64,000 bases of DNA from Elusimicrobiota bacterium (lineage in GTDB: Bacteria; Elusimicrobiota; Elusimicrobia; Elusimicrobiales; UBA9959): NCBI GenBank assembly GCA_030651035.1, contig JAUSCK010000173.1, forward strand, positions 4,177 through 68,176, in the 5' to 3' direction. The translations under genes and the position numbers were made by a program. The notes under the pieces are model-generated. The model saw nothing but the letters and a program-made list of their open reading frames with translations. It was not told the origin of the DNA and made no database searches. Each line of letters starts with the position of its first letter. The first letter of the stretch is position 1. Shown piece by piece: positions 34,410-44,000 of this stretch.

Positions 34410-34805
34410 TCAGTGCGGTTTTCGTTTCAGGAGGTGTTTTTTTAAGGCCAGGACGGCGGCTTCAGTGCGCGAGCGGGCGCCGGTCTTTTCAAAAATGGAA
34501 CGGATATGGAACTGCACGGTGCGGTCCGAAATTTCAAGCCTGTAAGCGATCTCTTTGTTCGCGAGCCCCGCCACGATAAGCGACAGTATCTCAAGCTCCC
34601 GGGGCGTTAATGCGCCTGGCCCCTTCGGATCCCGGAGCGGCTCACCGGCGGGCTCGGAAAGCTCGTTCAGCGCGGCCCTGGATAACCGGCGCAGCTCATC
34701 CAGCGCGCGAAGCGCGGCGCTGTCCCCCCTGAAGGCGGACATATAAGCCTCAATTGCCGAATGCATCTCGCAAAGAGTCTTTTTCAGGTTATCGAGTCTG
34801 TCCAT
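34410..34805 (-). CDS. LuxR/GerE-family HTH regulator
   Basis: LTPRELEILSLIVAGLANKEIAYRLEISDRTVQFHIRSIFEKTG. Confidence 0.85.
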   Translation of the reverse strand: MDRLDNLKKTLCEMHSAIEAYMSAFRGDSAALRALDELRRLSRAALNELSEPAGEPLRDPKGPGALTPRELEILSLIVAGLANKEIAYRLEISDRTVQFHIRSIFEKTGARSRTEAAVLALKKHLLKRKPH

Positions 34806-34818
34806 CGCGGATATTATT

Positions 34819-35061
34819 TCACTGCGCCGCGGCGTCTAATTCGATTATGCGGCAGCCGATCCGGGCGGGCGACTCGTTGAAAAGTTCTATCCTGATCCTG
34901 CCGGTTTTGCGCAGGTGAATAAGGAAATCGGCGGCTTTAACGGGGTCCAAGCCCGCCACTTCGGGAAAGTTCACGCTGAGGACAGAGTGGGAGAAGATCA
35001 GGTACTCCCGGAGCGCGGCGACAGCCGCTTTATCGTCGATAGCTTTGTCTTTCAATATCAT
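34819..35061 (-). CDS. Hypothetical 80-aa protein, operonic with the LuxR gene
   Basis: Track ORF with an AAGGGAGG RBS upstream and a 13-nt gap to the next gene. Confidence 0.5.
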   Translation of the reverse strand: MILKDKAIDDKAAVAALREYLIFSHSVLSVNFPEVAGLDPVKAADFLIHLRKTGRIRIELFNESPARIGCRIIELDAAAQ

Positions 35062-35140
35062 CTAGCCTCCCTTGGCGACATTATTAAGAACCGGCGGAGC
35101 CTTTTGCCCGTTCAGGCAGCGCCTCTTCTCCTATTCTAAT

Positions 35141-35172
35141 AAAAAACCGGAGGCAAAAACCTCCGGTTTTTT
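35141..35172. terminator. Bidirectional terminator downstream of ssb
   Basis: AAAAAACCGGAGG-caaaaa-CCTCCGGTTTTTT. Confidence 0.75.
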
Positions 35173-35185
35173 ATTTCCGGGCGGA

Positions 35186-35662
35186 TTATTTCCGGCGGAC
35201 GGCCTTGGCCGGCCTGGGGGCCTGGGCCGGTTCTCCCGGCCAGCCCGCGTCTTCAACGTGCTCGCCGGGGGCGTGGTCCGCGGGGCCGGGCGCGGGCTCG
35301 CCTTCCGCCGCGGGTTTCTCGCCCGTGAACTCTATGCCGTCCACGTAGACGAACAGCTTGGAATGGTGCTTGCCGTCCTCTTTGCCGTCCCACTGCTCCA
35401 GCACCAGGTGGCCCTCCACGAACACCTGCCGCCCCTTGTGCAGCTTGGCCGCCAGGTCGGCCAGTTTGCGCCCGGGCTCGTGGTTGAAGGCCTTCATGTT
35501 CAGCCACACCGGGGTTTCCTCCCACTCGCCGGTCTGCGCGTTCTTGCGCACATTGTGCACGGCGAAGCCCAGGTTGGCTACCTTGCCGCCGTTCTTGAAC
35601 TCCGTCACCTCCGGGTCCCGCGTCAGCCGCCCGATCAGCATCACTTTATTCAGGTTTCCCAT
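35186..35662 (-). CDS. ssb: Single-stranded DNA-binding protein
   Basis: The OB fold reads MGNLNKVMLIGRLTRDPEVTEFKNGGKVANLGFAV...VWLNMKAF. The tail is Pro/Ala/Gly-rich and ends ...PRPAKAVRRK, with no acidic DDIPF-type tip. Confidence 0.88.
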   Translation of the reverse strand: MGNLNKVMLIGRLTRDPEVTEFKNGGKVANLGFAVHNVRKNAQTGEWEETPVWLNMKAFNHEPGRKLADLAAKLHKGRQVFVEGHLVLEQWDGKEDGKHHSKLFVYVDGIEFTGEKPAAEGEPAPGPADHAPGEHVEDAGWPGEPAQAPRPAKAVRRK

Positions 35663-35705
35663 AATGCCCCCTTGCCGAGTTTATACAAATCCCTGCCGCA
35701 CAAAT

Positions 35706-35738
35706 AGCATAGCAGACGACCCCGACAAGGGTGTGTCG
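35706..35738 (-). promoter_or_regulatory. Palindromic box CGACACACCCTTGTCG + 11 nt + TATGCT (ssb upstream)
   Basis: The spacer is GGGTCGTCTGC. A 43-nt leader with a GGGGG RBS precedes ATG 35662. Confidence 0.5.
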
Positions 35739-35758
35739 GGTTGGGAACGGCTGCTTTA

Positions 35759-37354
35759 TTATTTTTTACCCGGCTGAGCCCGGCGGAGTTTCGCGAGGGA
35801 CTCTTCTTTCTGCCGGGCGAAGTCGCGGGCTTCGTCCAGCGTGACCTGCACGAAGTGGATGGCCTGGTTGGGGGCGTACTGCCCCAGCAGGTCCATGTCG
35901 GCCGAGATCACGTTGAAGATGAGCGGGTAGCCGCCGGTGGTCTGGCGGTGCCGCAGCAGGATGATCGGGGATTCGGGCGTCAGCTGTATGGTTCCGTCGG
36001 CCACGGCCCCCGAGATCATGTTGCCGGTGGGACATTTCAGCCCCGGCTCTCCGGCCAGGCGTATGCCCATCTTGTCCATCTTGAAGGTGGTGCGCCACTG
36101 GGTATAGAAGAACTGCCCCGGCTCTTCCAGGCAGTGGTATTCCGGGCCGGGCAGCACGCGGATGCGCCCCTGCGGGTCGGCCCAGCCGCTGACGGCGGCG
36201 AAAGTCACCGCTTCCGCCAGCGCGGGGGCGCCGCCCTCCCGGCCCCTGAAGCAGAAATAGGTGTACAGGCCGTAGCGCTTTTCACCGAACTTGAGCCTGT
36301 CGCCGGCTTCGGCCTCGTAGACCCGGCTGTGCTCCACCACTACGGGCTCGGCGCTCCCGCGGTGCAGGAAAGCCACCAGGCGCGCGCCTGTCAGCACGAA
36401 ACGGCCCGGAGTCAGCAACTCTATCTCCGGCGGCCCCAGTATCTCCAGGGCCGGGCTGCCTTCGGGGTTGCCCAGCATCAGGTTCCCCCGCCTCAGTGAA
36501 AAACAATCCATGGCCCCGCCCGGCGAGACGCCTATGTGCTGCCTGCCGTAAGCCGGCAGGCCGGCGGTCCCGCAGAAACCGGGTTTTACCAGGCGTATAT
36601 TGCCCCTCACACCGGAGGCCGCGGCGGCCTTTTCAGCCTGGTCCAGCGCCGCGCGCAGCTTCCGCGCCAGCTCCAGCGCTATCGGCGAATCGGAGTGTAT
36701 GCAGACGGTGTCGGCCTTGATCTCTTTCCAGGCGGGCCTGGCCGGTTCGCCGCTGACGTTGACCCTGCCGCGTTTAATTATCTCGTCGGCCTGGGCCAGG
36801 GCTTCGTCCACATCGGTTATTACCGCTTTGCCGGCCCCGCGCGACACCAGGCGCAGGTGGCCGGCGGCCCCGTCGTAAGAATAGCGCCGGTCCAGAAAAG
36901 CCTCGCGAAACACGGCCAGGCTCAGTTTATACACGGCGGCGCCCAGCTCGGAGTCGGCCGGGGCCAGCACGCCGGAGACTCCGGACCGCTTAAGCCAGCC
37001 GGCCAGCAGCCCGGCCAGGCGTGCGTCGCGGCAGGCCTGGTTGTAAAGCGCGCCGTGGAATTTAACCAGCTTCACCCCGGGCAGAAGCGCAAGCTGCGCG
37101 TCCAGGGCGGCCAGCAGGTTCTCGTCGGCTATCTCCATGAGGGCGCGGCCGAAATTCGGCTTGTCGGGATAGGAGAGGTGCGCCGCCACGCGCACGCCGT
37201 GCCGCTCGGCCATGGCGCGGAAAGCCGCCACGCTCTCCTTGTCCCCGGCGTGGCCGTCGCAGGCGATATTGGCGATATGGATGAAAGCCATCAGCGCGCG
37301 GTCGCCTTCGTGCAGGGGGCCCTGCTCTCCGATGTCGCAGTTTATCAGCATCAT
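35759..37354 (-). CDS. 5-oxoprolinase subunit A (LamB/YcsF) fused to subunit C (KipA/allophanate hydrolase subunit 2-like)
   Basis: Start at ATG 37354, with ATGA coupling to the pxpB stop. The N-terminal half reads MMLINCDIGEQ...ANIACDGHAGD. The C-terminal half reads GGAMDCFSLRRGNLMLGN...RHRQTTGGYP. The first 199 codons of the 730-aa track ORF are a spurious out-of-frame overlap with pxpB. Confidence 0.8.
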   Translation of the reverse strand: MMLINCDIGEQGPLHEGDRALMAFIHIANIACDGHAGDKESVAAFRAMAERHGVRVAAHLSYPDKPNFGRALMEIADENLLAALDAQLALLPGVKLVKFHGALYNQACRDARLAGLLAGWLKRSGVSGVLAPADSELGAAVYKLSLAVFREAFLDRRYSYDGAAGHLRLVSRGAGKAVITDVDEALAQADEIIKRGRVNVSGEPARPAWKEIKADTVCIHSDSPIALELARKLRAALDQAEKAAAASGVRGNIRLVKPGFCGTAGLPAYGRQHIGVSPGGAMDCFSLRRGNLMLGNPEGSPALEILGPPEIELLTPGRFVLTGARLVAFLHRGSAEPVVVEHSRVYEAEAGDRLKFGEKRYGLYTYFCFRGREGGAPALAEAVTFAAVSGWADPQGRIRVLPGPEYHCLEEPGQFFYTQWRTTFKMDKMGIRLAGEPGLKCPTGNMISGAVADGTIQLTPESPIILLRHRQTTGGYPLIFNVISADMDLLGQYAPNQAIHFVQVTLDEARDFARQKEESLAKLRRAQPGKK

Positions 37355-38001
37355 TCTTCGGCCCTCGTGAAGACCACCGTGTCTCCGGGCTCTATGGTGT
37401 AAAGAAGTTCCGGCGAGGTCATGCCGAGTATGTTCCAGCCTCCGGGCGAAGTCTCCGGGTAGATGCCGGTCTGCTCGCCGCCTATGCCCACGGCGCCGGC
37501 CGGCACCGCCAGGCGCGGCGAGTCCAGCCGCGGCGTGACCAGGCTGCTGTCGAGGCCCAGCAGGTAGGGGAAATGGGGCCGGAAACCTATCATGGCCACC
37601 AGGTACTCGGGGGCGGTGTGGCGCCTTATAACCTCGTCCGGGGCGATCCCGGCGTGGTCCGCCACGCGCTGCAGGTCCTCGCCGTGGTAGGACACCGGCA
37701 GCACGTGCCGCACGGAGCGCTCCTTCAGACCGGCCTCGTCGGCGGGGATCGCGGCCAGGCAGCCGTCCACCAGGCGGCGCACCGCCTTCCAGTCGCAGAG
37801 CGGGTCGGCGTGGACAGCCAGGGCAGTATAGGAAGGAACCAGGTCGTGCACGCCCAGCCGCGCCAGCTCGCCGTTCTTCTTGAGCAGCCTGTAGACGTAA
37901 AGCACCTGCAGGGAGGTCAGCCGGTCTATGGCGTCCCCCAGCTCCCAGCAAAGGCAGGCGTCTCCGAGGAAATAGGTTTTGCAGGGTTTAACTGGGGGCA
38001 T
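37351..38001 (-). CDS. pxpB: 5-oxoprolinase subunit B (KipI/allophanate hydrolase subunit 1-like)
   Basis: ...AMIGFRPHFPYLLGLD...GGEQTGIYPETSPGGWNILG. TGATATAAT lies 9 nt upstream of the ATG. Confidence 0.85.
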   Translation of the reverse strand: MPPVKPCKTYFLGDACLCWELGDAIDRLTSLQVLYVYRLLKKNGELARLGVHDLVPSYTALAVHADPLCDWKAVRRLVDGCLAAIPADEAGLKERSVRHVLPVSYHGEDLQRVADHAGIAPDEVIRRHTAPEYLVAMIGFRPHFPYLLGLDSSLVTPRLDSPRLAVPAGAVGIGGEQTGIYPETSPGGWNILGMTSPELLYTIEPGDTVVFTRAEE

Positions 38002-38082
38002 GTTAAAACTATTATATCACTCGGCGGGCGATTAGTCTTATCTTCAATTTTAATCGCTGAATTTCAAGACCTGGCCCCCTAC

Positions 38083-41000
38083 TCACTCACCTGCTTTAGA
38101 TAAATATGGCCGGATAAAATCCCGCAACGACCGGCTGATTTCTTCACAGCTATTTCCCTCTAATAACGCGTCATGCCCGGCATCAATCTCCATCGTTTCT
38201 ATTTTACCTTTAATGTGGTTTAACCATTCACCGGAACTATCCTGCGCCATAGCTGAACCGGCCCTTTTCGCCCTAAAGATATAAGCATCAACACTTGCAA
38301 GTTTCGCCTTGTGTTGCGATACGGAATATACGATCGACAAATATATCTTTGCTAAATTAATTGCCTTTGCGAAATCGGCACCAGGACTCCGGGCCGAGAA
38401 GGCTTCGATTGAATCCAGTATCTCGCGGACTCTTAGCGCGCCTGTCGAAGCGGCGGATTTAATCGCGTTTGATAGCGATGAATAAAAATCTACGGTCCAA
38501 CGCGGGTCATTTAAGATGTCAGGAGAGAATTTAGACAGAGTTCCGGACATGGCGGCGAATAGACTCTGTATTGAAGCCGATTGAAGTACCGACGGGAGAA
38601 AGCTATCTATTAAAAACAAGGCCTTGGGTTGAATTGCCGTTCCCTGGGCCCGGGCTGCGATTTCATGGGCTATAACCCCGCCGGCGGAATAACCCAGTAA
38701 AACATACGGGGCTTCTTTGCATAATTTCCTGATTTCAGAAAGATAGTGCTCCGCATACTCGTCGATGCTCAGATAAGGAGTCCGGTCGCCAAAAAGCCCC
38801 GGGGCCTGGAACGCGTAAACGCGATAATGATCCGAAAGACTTACGGCCAGCTTTCGAAAAACGAATGGCATCCCCTCGGCGCCATGAACACATATGAGGT
38901 ATTGGCCTGGCCCCTCGATTGTAAGAGGGATCAAAGCGCCTCTTTCAGAGAAACATCCTCCTCCGGATTCCTCTATGGCCCCCGCAAAACGTTCTATTCC
39001 CGGGAATTCAAATAACATGCGCAATGAGATTCCAGGCCCGAAAAGTTTCCTGCATTGGCCGATCACCCTGATGGCCAGCAGCGAGTTCCCTCCGAGCTCG
39101 AAGAAACTTTCCGTCATGCTTATGCGCCCGATCCCCAGCACTTCTTTAATGATCTCGGATACCGCTTGTTCGGTCGGAGTGCGCGGAGCTATATAAGCCT
39201 TCTCTTTCGCCGTATAGTCCGGCGAGGGCAGCGCTTTCCGGTTTACTTTTCCATTGGCGTTCAATGGAAAGGAATCCATTGTTACGAACGCCGCGGGGAC
39301 CATGTAGTCAGGCAGTGACTTCAATAAGTGAGTCCGGAATTCCTTGATGTCCGGGACCGGGTCCGATTTGCATATGATGTATGCAACCAGATGCCGGTCG
39401 TCATACTGGCCGGCGCTTGCCACGACCAGGACTTCCTTTACCTTCGGATGCTCCGCCAACCGGAGTTCAATCTCGCCGGGCTCTATCCGGAAACCGCGGA
39501 TCTTTACCTGGGAATCGGCTCTGCCTATGAATTTAATATTGCCGTCGGGCAGCCACGCTCCCAGATCGCCTGTTTTATACAACCGGCCATTTTCTCTTTT
39601 GCAGAACGGGTCAGGGATAAACTTCTCGGCCGTTAAGTCGGGACGGTTTAAATAGCCTCGCGCGACTTGTCTGCCGCCAATGTGGATCTCCCCGGTCACG
39701 CCGATCGGCGTCGGCTGGTCATTTGAGTCAAGTATGTAAATCCGGACTTTTCTGATCGGCGTGCCTATCGGGACAATATCCTTCTCCGGCCGCCAATTTA
39801 CCGGGAACTTGAAAGCGGTCGCGCCTATTGTCGCCTCCGTCGGGCCATACAAATTGATCAGCGACGTAGTAGCGCCCCAGCGATCCAGCCAAAGTGTGAC
39901 TTTATTTAACTGCGCGGCTTCACCGGCTATGGAGACGGCTTTTAAAGCCGGCGGCATGGGCATTGATTGCCCGGCGATGGAGGTCACAAATTGATGCCAG
40001 TACGCCGTAGGGAGGAAAGTCTTAGTAATTCCCAGATCACAAAACCGTTTATGAAGGTCGACGGGGACCAGGGAGTCTCTGTCGCTCCGGATCGACAGCT
40101 TTGCCCCCGATATTAACGGCGGATAGATCTCAGGCCCTGCCCCGTCAAAACTTATGGATGAAAATTGGAACAGATGGTCCGAATCGGATAAATCGTAAAG
40201 ATCCACCACTTCCTGCATGTAGGCGGCCAAAGAGCCATGCTGTATCATTACGCCTTTGGGGCTTCCCGTAGATCCGGACGTGTAGATAACATAAGCGAGA
40301 TCCTTATCGCTCACTCCGGCCGCCGGGTTCGACACATTCTGCGCCGCCCACTGTTCTTTGTCCCGGTCCAGGCAAACGACCTGCGCGCCGGTATCCGGCA
40401 TTTTTGGCAGAAGCCGCTCCTGGGTCAAAAGCACCTTCACTTTTGAGTCCTCCAGCATGTACGCGATGCGGTCCGCGGGGTACGAAGCGTCTATTGGCAC
40501 ATAAGCCCCTCCCGCCTTAAGGACCGCAACCAGGCTTACGATCATCTCAAGGCTGCGCTCTACCGCTATCCCCACCAGCGATTCAGGACCTACCCCTAAA
40601 CTCTGCAGATGACGCGCCAACTGATTGGCGGACCTGTTCAGCTCATCATATGTCATTAACCGGTTATCCGAGATAATCGCGGTCGATCCTCCGGATTTTA
40701 AGACCTGCCGCTCAAACAGCTGATGCAGGCAAAGCCCCGCAGGATCGGAAGCCCCCGTATCATTAAAGTCCAGCAATACTTTTTGGCGCTCGCGGTCCGT
40801 CAGTAAACATGAATTCCCGATTGGCTGGCCAGGGTCCTTTACAATGGTATCCATGATCCGAATGTACAGCCTGCCGATATCTTCTATTTTCTCTGAACTA
40901 TAGCGCTTCGAATCGTATAACAGGCTCAAATTCAGCTTTCCCGTGCCGGCAGCGGCGAGGTCGAAACTTGCGGCAAACGGGAAATTAGCCCTGGTGAATG

Positions 41001-44000
41001 ACCGCTGATCACGTATCTTGAACTTAGGTAAATCTGACAGCTCTTCCAGAAGATGAAAATTCGTGAAATTAAAAAGCGTCTCAAAGGGCGGCTCTCCGTT
41101 ATTCAAACGCTGTATTTCGGCCAGGGGAAATCTTCTGTGGGGAAACATCTTCAGTTCCGCTTCGCTTACCTTTCGAATTAATTCCGTCCAGCTCCCCCCA
41201 TCCGATCTTACCCGGATAGGCACGCTGTTCAGGAACAGCCCCAGAACTTTGTCTCCGTCCGAAGCTTCAAGCCTTCCTGACGTGACCAGCCCTGTCGAGA
41301 TATCGGTCTCTCCTGACAAGTGAGCTATAGCGCAGACGTGGGCGGAAAGAAGCATTGTCTTCAAGCTGACTTGTAATGACTTAGCCCTGGCAAACAGCCC
41401 ATCGACCAACGGCTGCGGGATTACCGTGTTTACTTCTGAAAATTGGAACTTGGAAGTGCTGTTAACAGTATCGCCGGGTATTTTTGCGATAGAAGAGTTT
41501 TCACACACTCTTAGCCAGAACTTCCTGGTGTCGCTATTCTTCAGAGATCCGGTTTCCGCGCGGACAAAGTCCCGGAACTTGGATGCTGCCGGCGGCTCTA
41601 TGGGCAAGTCCCGATTCTCCAAAAGCCGCTGATATGTCCAAAACACTTCTACGCAGAGAGCGGAAAGACTCCATCCGTCAAGTATCGCGTGGTGATGCGG
41701 AACTGTCAGCTGAAAGCTGTTGGGAGTTCGAAGGTGAATGAGGAACCGGATGAGCGGTGGGCGGCTAATATCGAATAAGCGCTTTTTTTCCAGCTCGACA
41801 AGTTTGTTGATCCTGTTTTCCTGATCTTCAGGATCAAGTCCCGTCCAATCCGAGATCTCAAGCGGGATTTCCGTTCGAGAGTGGACCAGCTGAAGCGGCT
41901 CCGAGTAGGAGGTGAAGTCAAAAGACGTGCGGAGTACGGGATGGCGGGCGACGGTCCGTTTTAAGGTTTCTTTGAACAGCTCGAGATCAAGAGGCCCTTC
42001 AATATGTATTGAGTCGACATTCTGGTAAAGGGAAGAAGAGGGGTCAAGATCCAAATGAAAGACCATTCCTGATTGAAGCTGGGCCAAGGGATAGGCGTCT
42101 TCTATCCCGTTTGGCATGCGAGCCCGGGTCTCCTCATCAATGAGCTCAAAAGGCAAACTTTGCTTTTCACGCTCAGCCCCGGATATCTTGTTTTCACCGA
42201 TCGCGAGGGCAAGCTCAGAGATACTCTGATTCTTAAGGATCAGAGCAACCGTTACTGCCAGGCCCTGGTCCTGAGCAAGACCGGCTATCCGGAGAGTCCT
42301 GATCGAATCGCCTCCGATCGAAAAGATGTTGTCGAAGATCCCTATTTTGGGAAGGCCCAGGACTTGCTGCCAAATATTCAACAATCGCCTTTCGAGCTCC
42401 GTCCGCGGCGCCTCGTATTCATGAACGGTTTCCTGCAGGGAGGCGTCGGCGGCTTTCGGCAAGGCTTTGCGGTCTATTTTCCCATTGGATGAGAGCGGCA
42501 TGCTTTCAAGCACTATGTAAAGGGACGGCACCATATAAACCGGCACCCTGTCCGCTAAATGCCGGCTCATTTCCCGGGATGTTAAAGCAGCGCCTTTTTC
42601 GAACGTCACATAGGCTACAAGCCGCTTGGCACCAAGGTGATCTGTTTCCGCCGCGACAACGGCTTCCCGTACGCCGGAAATGCCCGTGAGTGTCGTTTCG
42701 ATCTCTCCCAGCTCGATGCGAAAGCCCCGGATCTTTACCTGAAAATCATTTCGGCCCAGGTATTCTATCGCTCCGGCCGGCAAAAATCTCGCCAGGTCGC
42801 CTGTCCTGTAAAGCACCCCGGTTTTCTTGAACGGGTCGGGGATGAACTTTTCCGCCGTTAGCGCCGGACGGTTAAGATAGCCTTTGGCGACACCCACGCC
42901 TCCGATATAAAGTTCCCCATGGACGCCGACAGGTACGGGATGTTTCCGTTTGTCTAAAATATAGATCTGGGTGTTGGCGATCGGCCGCCCGATCGGCAGT
43001 ATCCGGCGGCCGTCCGGATCCTCTTGGGAACAGTCCCAATAGGTGACATCGACCGACGCTTCGGTAGGACCATAGAGGTTATGCAGTTTCACTTCCGGGA
43101 AATTGGCGATAAAACGGTCTTTTAACTCGTATGGCAACGCTTCCCCGCTGACAAATACAAGCCGTAAGTTTTGCAGTTCATGCCCTTTGGAAAACTCGAC
43201 AAAGATCTGCAGCATGGAAGGAACAAAATGCAGGACCGTTACTCGTTCGGTTTGAATAATCGTGTCCAGATAAATGTTGTCCGTATGGCCCAAGGGTCTG
43301 GCTATGACCAATTTGGAACCGGACATCAACGGCCAAAATAGTTCCCAGATAGAGACATCGAACGATAGCGGCGTTTTTTGCAGGATCCGGTCTTCATAAG
43401 TAAGCTGATACTCGGATTGCATCCAAAGCAACCTGTTTCGCAACCCGCCGTGATGAACCCTGACACCCTTCGGCCTGCCGGTAGTCCCGGACGTATAAAT
43501 AATATACGCAAGATCATCGTCAGCCAAAGAGACCGGTTCCGCCGGGGTGATACCGGTTTTCCAGGCATCGTCGTCCAACACTACCAACTTCCCGGCAAAA
43601 TCTGTTAAAGAGGCGGCCCATTTTGTTTGTGAAACGATCACCGGGAACGCGCAGTCCTCTATCATGAAATCGATCCGGTCTTTTGGCAAAGCCGGGTCCA
43701 ACGGGACGTACGCTCCGCCGGCTTTAAGGATGCCGAGCACGGCGACCATTAAGTCTTTGCACCGTTCGCCATGGTATCCGACGGGGCTGCCGCGCTGGAC
43801 GCCGCTTTTGGTCAGCCGCGCGGCGAACAGCGAGGACAAGCGGTCAAGTTCCCCATAGCTGTAGTTTTCACCTTCAAAAACCGTCGCCCCGGCGCTGGGC
43901 CGGATCCGCGCCTGGGACGCGAAGCAGTCCAGGATGCACCGTTCGCCGGTAAAAACCGTATCCGTGGAATTAAATGACCGGGTGATCTTGTAATATTCTT

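Noticed and set aside
35072-36499. Plus-strand ORFs 35072..35707 and 35741..36499 opposite ssb and pxpA::pxpC
   Set aside because: They are antisense to motif-supported genes and are low-complexity translations.
37355-37951. N-terminal 199 codons of the 730-aa track ORF 35759..37951
   Set aside because: This part is Arg/Pro/Gly-rich and overlaps pxpB out of frame. The real start is the ATG at 37354, coupled to the pxpB stop.
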